Part shown: positions 1-7,383 of the stretch, piece after piece | How the letters are laid out: the number at the start of each line of letters is the position of its first letter | Numbering within the stretch: the stretch's first letter is position 1 | Assembly: GCA_041694835.1 (NCBI GenBank) | Contig: JBGFRZ010000078.1 | Span: forward strand, 1 to 11,121 | Reading direction: 5' to 3' | DNA from: Ignavibacteria bacterium | Lineage (GTDB): Bacteria; Elusimicrobiota; Endomicrobiia; PHAN01 | Length of the DNA: 11,121 bases | Translations under genes and position numbers: made by a program | Notes under the pieces: generated by a model | What the model was told of the DNA's origin: nothing | Databases searched by the model: none | Seen by the model: only the letters and a program-made list of their open reading frames with translations

Positions 1-5
1 TTTGT

Positions 6-118
6 TTTCGTCAGAAATATTATAGCAATTCCGGAGAGAAAATGCAAATGTTTTATCGTCGGATTTACCGACGAGAATTATTTCAAAGAACTAAAGAGGG
101 TTTTTCAACGCTCTCATT
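6..118 (-). repeat. Left copy of a perfect 113-bp inverted repeat bracketing the window
   Basis: 6-118 is the exact reverse complement of 11009-11121 by base-by-base comparison. Identity breaks at 119 vs 11008. The repeat may continue beyond the window. Confidence 0.98.
19..47 (-). promoter_or_regulatory. Outward-facing sigma70 promoter P2 (left copy)
   Basis: Minus strand TTGCAT (47-42), 17-nt spacer, TATAAT (24-19), with an extended -10 TGn (TGCTATAAT). Confidence 0.75.
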
Positions 119-144
119 TTACTAAAATAATCGCATAAAGTCAA
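116..144 (-). promoter_or_regulatory. Outward-facing sigma70 promoter P1 (left)
   Basis: Minus strand TTGACT (144-139), 17-nt spacer, TAAAAT (121-116). The -10 sits at the position equivalent to the TATAAT of the right copy. Confidence 0.7.
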
Positions 145-156
145 ATAACGAAATTT

Positions 157-185
157 TTGCAAAAAAGAGCAAAAATATATATAAT
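157..185 (+). promoter_or_regulatory. sigma70 promoter for the + strand gene cluster
   Basis: TTGCAA (157-162), 17-nt spacer, TATAAT (180-185), about 70 nt upstream of the ATG at 254. Confidence 0.7.
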
Positions 186-253
186 GTAAGCAAGGTTGTC
201 GGTGGAAGTAAAACACAGACGCTGCTATGCTTGATAAAGAAGCGGAAATTAAA

Positions 254-3200
254 ATGTCGTCATCAAAATTTTTTATTCTTTTATCGTTAATCTTTTCACA
301 CATTTCACTTTTTGCGGCGCCGCAAAGTGTAACCAATCTTACCGCGCTGGCCGGAAATGCTACCATAAATTTAACATGGTCGCCTAACACTGACATAAAT
401 ACTGGCGATAAATATGAAATAGAATTTTCCTCGTGGTCGGCGTCGAGTTTTACCTTTCTAACCAACATACTCCATCCCGGCAACACACATCAGGTCTTAA
501 ATCTCATAAACGGAAATACATACTTCTTCAGGGTGAGGGCATCTACCGGGGCGGGAACATTCATAGGTCCATGGAGCGATGTCCGAAGCACGGCCCCGTG
601 GGTTAATTTGGGCATCCCACAATGGTCACTCGCCGATACAAGAGCGGTTTCCACAACTACTATCAACTGGTCGTGGTTATTGGCAGCAAATGCCAGTGGT
701 TATAGAGTAATTAATTCCACTTCCGGAGAAAATTTTTCAGGCAATTTATCGGCATCTGCAACATTCTGGCAACGGACAGGACTTACTCCCAACACATCGG
801 CCGCTTTTTATATTCAGGCATTCAACGGACTGCTGACGGCTAACTCATCAGATAGAAGGATTTTTTCCTGGGCGAATCCACCGTCAAACTTCATGTCTCC
901 ACTTCAGCCGGGAACAACCATAGTCAACCTCGACTGGTCCCCTAATAACAATCCTTCGTCGGTGAGTTACTCCCTCGAGCGCTCATCTACCGATGTGTCA
1001 AACTGGCAGTTGATTGCTTCTTTCTTAACCTCAACTACGCATCAAGATCCGGGGTTGCTTGAAAAAACGACTTATCATTACAGGGTTTGGGCTATAAATT
1101 CCGACTCTATTGAAACGGATAAAGTTTCGGTGTCCACAAGAACGGGCAGTATAAATCCTCAGCCGCCGACATTGATGCTCGCCGAAAGTTGGACATTGGA
1201 CGGCGAAGTGCGTCTGACATTTACTGCACCATACGATGACTCTCCCGATGAATCTGTCAAAGGATACATTATAAAATACGCGACTTACGCATTAACCGAG
1301 CCAAACTGGTCGGCGCCCTCATCGTCGACAGCGCCTCAAAATATAACGCCCTCCGCACCGGGAACCGGACAGACGCATGTCATAACAGGACTTTATCCCG
1401 GAACGACTTTTTTCTTCGCGATGAAGTCAGTTGATGAGGTGGAAAATGAGTCGGGCATCTCCGTGGTGCAATCCACCGTAGCCAGAGACAATCTTCCAAG
1501 TTTACCGACGAACATATCGGCTTTGGCCATTTCTGAAACAGGCATTACGATTTCGTGGACGCTTCCGGCATTTTTGGGTTTTGACGACCGCAGCAGATAT
1601 TATGTCTACCGCGCAACTTTCCCTTTTACATTGACAACACAAGCGACTTTTTTCACATGGCAATCTCATCCCAACGCTTCCCTTACAGATTCTTCTATCG
1701 ATAATCCATTAAGAAGAGAAACGACATACTGGTATCGTGTCGCCTCCGAAGACCTCGGAAACGGCCCCGCCGGAAGCGGTCTTTTTTCAATTCCGCTTGG
1801 CTCAACGACGCTTTCAGAGATGGTTTCTGCACGAACACCCGATTTAACCCCGCCGCCAGCCATAACAACTTTATCTGCTCTAACTGGGAATATAGAAGGA
1901 AGAATAAATCTTTCGTGGACTTCTCCGACGGACAACTCGATAAGACTAGGTGAAGGCGCAGGCGAAAATATCACGGGCGGTCGTTTCAGAATCAGATGGA
2001 CGACAGACGCCGCTGAAATTTTCAGCACAGCGACATTCAAGGTTGAAATTCCGACAAACACTTTTCCGGGCGCGATGAACAATTATTTGATAACGGGTCT
2101 TGCAGTCGGCGATACATATTACATAAGAATATGGACGGCGGACGAATCGGGGAACTGGTCGTTGGTCTCAAACGGAGCGACGACTTGGGCACAGTGGGAT
2201 GTCACTGCGCCCGGGGCGATAACTTCGATAACTGCCTCGGCAAACTGGAGAAGAATAAATCTTTCATGGACAGCCCCGGGAGACGACGGATATTTGGGAG
2301 TGATGACAGGCAAATTTGAAATACGACTTTCGACAGTCGCCACAATAACGAATGAGACAATATGGAACGCCGTTCCGGATTTTGAACCCTACAGAATAAT
2401 TGTTTCCACATCGGGGGTTTCGCCGGGGAGCATTCGCTATTTTGTCATCACGGGACTTACCAATTCAGCGACATACTTTGTCGCCATAAAATCCGCGGAT
2501 GAAAGAGACAATTGGTCGGCAATTTCTTCAACTTCTCCGGCATCTATGCCGCTAAATTTGCCGCCCGGAAATTTTAATCTTTCATCGCCGCCTGACGGCT
2601 CGCAACTTCAGACGCTCACACCTCAACTCACGTGGGAAGCCGCCTCAGACGGCGATATACCGTTCGGGGACTCCATCAGATATAATGTTTTATATTCTAC
2701 CAGCGTCAATTTTGAAGTCGCTATAACAACTATTTCGCCGGATTTGTCGGGCGCAACATACATCGTCCCGAGCGGACATTTTCTCGAGGACAGACGATAT
2801 TTCTGGAGAGTCGTGGCAAGTGACCTCGATAATTCCACAAGGTTTTCGGCACAAACATTTTCCGCAGTAATAAATGTCATGAATTCAACACCGACGGCGC
2901 CCGTCTTGTCGTCACCACCGACAAATACAAGAATAAATACGGCAACGCCACAATTAAACTGGGTGGCTTCAACCGACAGCGATTTGCCTGACATTTTAAG
3001 TTATAGAGTCGATTATTCGCTGACGCCCGACTTTTCGGTATTTGTATCTTCACTCAATATTTCCACAACCTTCTACACAACTCCGCAACTGCTTGAAAAC
3101 ACAACATACTGGTGGCGGGTCTTTGTTAGCGATGGACAACTGACAGTTCAAAGCGGCGCTACATTTTATTTCCGTGTAAATGCCGTCGCCGAGGCACCGA

Positions 3201-5164
3201 GTTCATTTAATCTTTTAACGCCGACCGACAATGTCAGGTTCGCCACAACCACAATTAATTTCACATGGGAGACAACTACCGACCCTGACCCCGACGAAAG
3301 CGTCAGATACGATTTAATATGGTCTCAGTTCGCAACGTTCTCGACAAGCACAACAGTAAGCGGACTAACCAACACGACGGCACAAATAGTTCTTCCGCAC
3401 GATAATTCTTATTATTACTGGAAAGTGGAAGCCGTTGGAACAGACGGATTAAAACGTCCGTCCAATCAGTCGTTCCTAAAATTTTACACCGACATCGTAA
3501 AAGAACTTCCCTTGGCTTTCAATCTTATCGAGCCGGGATTTGGTGTCATCATTTCAACGACACTAAGACCTATTTTTATATGGAGTGATGCTATTGACCC
3601 TGACCCCGCCGATATTGTCCGGTATTACATTGAGATGTCACCAAACAGCGATTTTGCAGGCGCCATAGCGATACCTACGGGCAGTGATACTTTTTATCGG
3701 CCACTGTCAAATTTGTCGGATCAAACCACATACTTCTGGCGCGTCAGAGCGGCGGGACATCAAGGAAGCCCTGCCGACAATGTCGACGGCGGTTGGACAT
3801 TTTCAACAACAGGGTTTTTTGTAATCTCCATGGTCAACTATCCACCCGGCCCATTCGAACTCATCTCCCCCAATAACGGGGAAATAATAAATACGAAATC
3901 TCCGACTTTCAAATGGCAGGCCTCCGTTGACAGCGATGTCGGTTCTTCGGTGAGTTATTCAATATATATTTCGACTTCGTCCGATTTTTCAACTCTTTCT
4001 TATTCAAGCCGCAACATTACATCTACGCAAATTGCAATCGCTCAAAAACTTTTTGAAAACAAAGCCTATTTCTGGCGCATCGTAGCCAGGGACAACAGAG
4101 ATGCTTTAACCGCTTCAACGACATTTAGTTTTTTTATACCCGTATTGACAATACCCCAGAGAGTCGCCGGCATCAGAGCATATTTGAGCCCAGCGGCGAC
4201 ATCTTATACTCTGATGTGGTCGGAGACAATCTATAATGCCGACGGCTCAATCATAGATGACTTGAAGGGGTATAACATTTATAAGTCTCTGTCCATAGCA
4301 GAATTAAAAACGTCGCCATTACATATTTTTGTTGAAAAAAACACTCCTACATTTACCGATATTGTGAGCGGCAATTTTTTCTATAAGGTTCTTTCAGTTG
4401 ATACATCCGGCATAGAAAGCGAAGATTCTCTGATTACAAGAACCCTCAATCCGGAGGAAGTCGTCGTTAAGTCCCCCGACGGATTGTTGACGGCGGAAAT
4501 CCCTCCATCAACGGTAAAACAACTTCATTCTGAAAACAATCAATTCAAAAACAATTTAATATTGTTTATTTCCACTCACCCCACAGACACCGCATTGAGG
4601 CAGTTTGCCGTCGAAATCATCAAGCCAAACGGCGACAAAATCGGACGTCATACTTTTCCCGAAGCAGTCAAACTACGATTCGAAAATAAAAAACTCAAAG
4701 CATCGTCAAGAAATGTCTCCGCGCTTGGCGACAATGACGTCGGTCTATATTGGTACAACGGCATTGAGTTCATGAAAATGCCTTCTCATATAGAAAGCGG
4801 TGGCACAATTTCAAACATAGCCAACACGGGGACATACCAGATAAGGCAAGTCAAAAAAACTTCGACTCAAGACTTGATATCAATTTCTCCGCCGAAGGTC
4901 TTTACTCCCGATATAGCCCCTTATGAAAAAATCCAATTCTTCGTAGAAAATGCCGCGGGTGATAAGGTAAAAGGCGAAGTATTTGACATCAGAGGCAGAA
5001 AAATCGCCGCTCTGAAAATATTGGGCGATTCTTCAGCCACTACAGTCAATCTTGTCTGGGACGGAAAAGATGACGAAAACCGGATTGTTTCAAAAGGAAT
5101 ATACATTTATCAAATCTCTATCGGTGAAAAAATCATTAACGGCACAATAGTGGCGGCAAGATGA
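254..5164 (+). CDS. Large secreted fibronectin type III / Ig-like repeat surface protein with C-terminal FlgD_ig / T9SS type-B-like (gliding-motility-associated) sorting domain
   Basis: ORF 227-5164. The ATG at 254 gives a clean signal peptide (MSSSKFFILLSLIFSHISLFA|AP). Repeated FN3 signatures (LxW...Y...L...TxYxFRVxA; DxTxPxAITxLxA; LSWTAPGDDG) are followed by five ~100-aa Ig-like modules. The C-terminus reads PKVFTPD...VFDIRGRKI...VWDGKD...GIYIYQI...GTIVAAR. Confidence 0.85.
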   Translation: MSSSKFFILLSLIFSHISLFAAPQSVTNLTALAGNATINLTWSPNTDINTGDKYEIEFSSWSASSFTFLTNILHPGNTHQVLNLINGNTYFFRVRASTGAGTFIGPWSDVRSTAPWVNLGIPQWSLADTRAVSTTTINWSWLLAANASGYRVINSTSGENFSGNLSASATFWQRTGLTPNTSAAFYIQAFNGLLTANSSDRRIFSWANPPSNFMSPLQPGTTIVNLDWSPNNNPSSVSYSLERSSTDVSNWQLIASFLTSTTHQDPGLLEKTTYHYRVWAINSDSIETDKVSVSTRTGSINPQPPTLMLAESWTLDGEVRLTFTAPYDDSPDESVKGYIIKYATYALTEPNWSAPSSSTAPQNITPSAPGTGQTHVITGLYPGTTFFFAMKSVDEVENESGISVVQSTVARDNLPSLPTNISALAISETGITISWTLPAFLGFDDRSRYYVYRATFPFTLTTQATFFTWQSHPNASLTDSSIDNPLRRETTYWYRVASEDLGNGPAGSGLFSIPLGSTTLSEMVSARTPDLTPPPAITTLSALTGNIEGRINLSWTSPTDNSIRLGEGAGENITGGRFRIRWTTDAAEIFSTATFKVEIPTNTFPGAMNNYLITGLAVGDTYYIRIWTADESGNWSLVSNGATTWAQWDVTAPGAITSITASANWRRINLSWTAPGDDGYLGVMTGKFEIRLSTVATITNETIWNAVPDFEPYRIIVSTSGVSPGSIRYFVITGLTNSATYFVAIKSADERDNWSAISSTSPASMPLNLPPGNFNLSSPPDGSQLQTLTPQLTWEAASDGDIPFGDSIRYNVLYSTSVNFEVAITTISPDLSGATYIVPSGHFLEDRRYFWRVVASDLDNSTRFSAQTFSAVINVMNSTPTAPVLSSPPTNTRINTATPQLNWVASTDSDLPDILSYRVDYSLTPDFSVFVSSLNISTTFYTTPQLLENTTYWWRVFVSDGQLTVQSGATFYFRVNAVAEAPSSFNLLTPTDNVRFATTTINFTWETTTDPDPDESVRYDLIWSQFATFSTSTTVSGLTNTTAQIVLPHDNSYYYWKVEAVGTDGLKRPSNQSFLKFYTDIVKELPLAFNLIEPGFGVIISTTLRPIFIWSDAIDPDPADIVRYYIEMSPNSDFAGAIAIPTGSDTFYRPLSNLSDQTTYFWRVRAAGHQGSPADNVDGGWTFSTTGFFVISMVNYPPGPFELISPNNGEIINTKSPTFKWQASVDSDVGSSVSYSIYISTSSDFSTLSYSSRNITSTQIAIAQKLFENKAYFWRIVARDNRDALTASTTFSFFIPVLTIPQRVAGIRAYLSPAATSYTLMWSETIYNADGSIIDDLKGYNIYKSLSIAELKTSPLHIFVEKNTPTFTDIVSGNFFYKVLSVDTSGIESEDSLITRTLNPEEVVVKSPDGLLTAEIPPSTVKQLHSENNQFKNNLILFISTHPTDTALRQFAVEIIKPNGDKIGRHTFPEAVKLRFENKKLKASSRNVSALGDNDVGLYWYNGIEFMKMPSHIESGGTISNIANTGTYQIRQVKKTSTQDLISISPPKVFTPDIAPYEKIQFFVENAAGDKVKGEVFDIRGRKIAALKILGDSSATTVNLVWDGKDDENRIVSKGIYIYQISIGEKIINGTIVAAR

Positions 5165-7185
5165 GAAAAACAGGCAATAGGGGACAGGGGACAGAGAACA
5201 GAGAACAGAGAACAGGGGACAGAGAACAGAAAACGGGAAGCGGGAAGCGGGAAGCGGGAAGAGTTTTAAACCCTTCACCCTTTACGCTTTCCGCTTTACG
5301 GCATTTTATTCTCTCATCTCTGACCTCTCGCCTCTCACCTCTGACCTCTCATCTCTATTTGCTATTTGTTATTTGCTATTTACTATCCCCTATCCCCTAT
5401 CCCCTATCCCCTATCCCCTACCTTTATGCTTCTTTCGACAACTTCGGCGCGGGAGCAAGAACAATCGGCATAGGCGGAGCTTATACCGCCGTCGGAGACG
5501 ACGCTTTCGGAGCTCTTTACAATCCCGCGGCCATTTCATATCTTAAAAGGGGTCAGTTGGCGGTAGAATACGGGAGTCTCCATCTCAATCTAACAGACCG
5601 CTCCAATTTATACAACGGATACATTGGCTTCGCATATCCTTTTATAAAAGAAGAAATTATAGAAACAAAAGTTGTTGAGACCGGAGAGTTGGAAGGGGGG
5701 ACGACATCTGAGACAACGACCCCGGTCGAGCAAAAAGTCACCGTTGAAACAACTATAAAAAGAACGCTGACAAGCGCCGTTATGATTGGGTATAAAACAC
5801 TCTCTTTAAGCGGGACATACAGCGAAAATTTTTATCATATTACTTACGGAAGATTTATCAATAAATTCATTGCTTTGGGTATGACGGTGAAAGCACTCCA
5901 TGACAAATTTATAATCGATGACTATCTGAGAAACTCGCCTGTTTTTAAGTACGGCGCAACGGACTCTAAAAACAACGTATCCTTCGACCTTGGCGCCGCC
6001 ATAAATCCTCTCCCAAACTTTTATATAGGTTTATCCGCCCTCAATATAAATGAGCCGGACATGGGATTTCTGAGAGAGGACCGCGTTTCGAGTGTTTACA
6101 GACTCGGCGCCGGAATGAGAAAGACCGACTCCAGATTCGCGCTTGACCTTTCATATCACAGCAGAAAAAAATATCTGGAGATTTTGGGTGGATTCGAAAG
6201 ATACTTTGGGATTTTGGGTCTCCGTGGAGGCATCGGATACGGCGAGCGGAAACACAGCAGAAACGCGCAAATATCAACAGGTGTGTCATTCAACATCAGT
6301 AAATCGATTTCGCTCGACTACGCCTTGAACTACCCGCTTACGCATCTGAAAAACACATACGGCTCTCACTGGCTCTCATTTATGTTTCAGTTTGGAGAGC
6401 GGCCTGCGGAAGACATGGAACCCGGCAGCATTGAAAGAGCATACACAACTTTGTGGGGAGAAAAACTTCAACTTGAAAGCAGGGTTTCACAACTTGAACA
6501 AGAGAAAAGAAAACTAGAAGAGGTTTTAATCGAAGAAGCAACTGCGAGAATAAGAGAAAGAATAAGAAAGACGAAGGAAGAAGCCATAACCCCGACGTCC
6601 GTCAGAATAACCGAGAAAAAAGAAATGTTTGTTTCAAAAGCGGTAACGGTAACGAGAACACACATTGTAAAAAAGGGCGACACTTTGCAGTCACTGGCTG
6701 AGAAATACTACAAAAACTCTAAACTCTGGATTGAAATATACAACGCCAATAAAGATGAGATAGGCCGAGGAGGAGCGTTGAGGGTTAATCAGGTAATAGT
6801 GATACCCCCGCTTGCAAGAGCGGTCGAACCCGCTGAAACACCGAAAGAAAAAATTGAAATTACTCCGGCGTCGCCAATAATAACACCGACGGAACCGCAG
6901 ATACAAAAGGCGGAAGAGCCAAAAATCGAACTCATTACTCCTGTCACCGAAAAAACAAAGAAAGACGAATCTAATGTTGAGGCTGCCCCACCCCCTAAAC
7001 AAGAAAAACAAAAATCGGCGGTTGTAAAACGCAAAACTCACATTGTGATGGCAGGAGAAAATTTGCGTATAATAGCCGAAAAATACTATAATAACCCGGA
7101 AAAGTGGAAAGATATACTTGACGCGAATAAAGATAAAATAATTCGCGGCCAGATAAAGCCCGGCTTGGAGTTAGTTATTCCGTAA
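5161..7185 (+). CDS. PorP/SprF-like (PorV/PorQ-related) outer-membrane beta-barrel fused to a coiled coil and two LysM domains
   Basis: ATGA overlap with the upstream stop. The barrel (~5431-6396) starts with GARTIGIGGAYTAVGDDAFGALYNPAA, contains GLSALNINEP and ends YGSHWLSFMFQFG. Coiled coil ~6430-6585. LysM1 6658-6807 (HIVKKGDTLQSLAEKYY...IYNAN...VIP). P/E/K/T-rich linker. LysM2 7036-7182 (HIVMAGENLRIIAEKYY...ILDAN...LVIP). The start is less certain because the N-terminus is repeat-encoded. Confidence 0.8.
   Translation: MRKTGNRGQGTENREQRTGDREQKTGSGKREAGRVLNPSPFTLSALRHFILSSLTSRLSPLTSHLYLLFVICYLLSPIPYPLSPIPYLYASFDNFGAGARTIGIGGAYTAVGDDAFGALYNPAAISYLKRGQLAVEYGSLHLNLTDRSNLYNGYIGFAYPFIKEEIIETKVVETGELEGGTTSETTTPVEQKVTVETTIKRTLTSAVMIGYKTLSLSGTYSENFYHITYGRFINKFIALGMTVKALHDKFIIDDYLRNSPVFKYGATDSKNNVSFDLGAAINPLPNFYIGLSALNINEPDMGFLREDRVSSVYRLGAGMRKTDSRFALDLSYHSRKKYLEILGGFERYFGILGLRGGIGYGERKHSRNAQISTGVSFNISKSISLDYALNYPLTHLKNTYGSHWLSFMFQFGERPAEDMEPGSIERAYTTLWGEKLQLESRVSQLEQEKRKLEEVLIEEATARIRERIRKTKEEAITPTSVRITEKKEMFVSKAVTVTRTHIVKKGDTLQSLAEKYYKNSKLWIEIYNANKDEIGRGGALRVNQVIVIPPLARAVEPAETPKEKIEITPASPIITPTEPQIQKAEEPKIELITPVTEKTKKDESNVEAAPPPKQEKQKSAVVKRKTHIVMAGENLRIIAEKYYNNPEKWKDILDANKDKIIRGQIKPGLELVIP
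5171..5424. repeat. Composite heptamer tandem array with purine arm 5171-5261 and pyrimidine arm 5271-5424
   Basis: 13 in-phase 7-mers (CAGGCAA, TAGGGGA, CAGGGGA x2, CAGAGAA x4, CAGAAAA, CGGGAAG x4), a 9-nt spacer, then 22 in-phase 7-mers (CCCTTYA/CGCTTTM, CTSRYCT x6, YTATTTR x4, CTATCCC x5, plus degenerate units). Confidence 0.95.
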
Positions 7186-7186
7186 A

Positions 7187-7373
7187 TAGAAGATAGTGGT
7201 TAGCAAATAGCAAATAGTGAATAACAAAAAGTAGATAGTAGATGGTAGCGAGCAGACAGTAGATAGTAGCGGGTAGATAGTAGACAGGGGGAACAACCCT
7301 CGCTACTCCCTACTACGCTGATGCTCTGCTGTTCTTATGCACTTATGCACTTATGCACTTATGCACTAGTGCT
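7187..7373. repeat. Intergenic heptamer plus octamer tandem array
   Basis: 15 in-phase degenerate 7-mers at 7187-7291 (TAGCAAA, TAGTAGA types), a complementary CTCGCTACTCCCTACTA stretch at 7299-7315, then CTTATGCA x4 (7334-7365) and CTAGTGCT. Confidence 0.9.
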
Positions 7374-7383
7374 CTGCTAAATT

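Noticed and set aside
188-232. Possible structured 5' UTR or riboswitch (AAGCA/TGCTT, GTC-GTG/CAC-GAC)
   Set aside because: The stems are short and interrupted, and I recognise no riboswitch consensus.
227-253. Upstream ATG for the large gene
   Set aside because: ATG 254 gives a more typical signal peptide and has a weak GCGGA upstream. The 227 start is not fully excluded.
91-486. 131-aa minus-strand ORF
   Set aside because: It is antisense to the large gene, runs through promoter DNA, and has no recognisable motifs.
1899-2271. 22-bp near-identical direct repeat (1899-1920 and 2250-2271), and a 13-bp repeat at 3281-3293 and 3596-3608
   Set aside because: These are in-frame copies of repeated protein motifs (RINLSWT, DPDP). 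They are too short for a DGR TR/VR pair and no reverse transcriptase is present.
5090-5278. 62-aa hydrophobic minus-strand ORF
   Set aside because: It is the antisense translation of the heptamer array and overlaps two genes.
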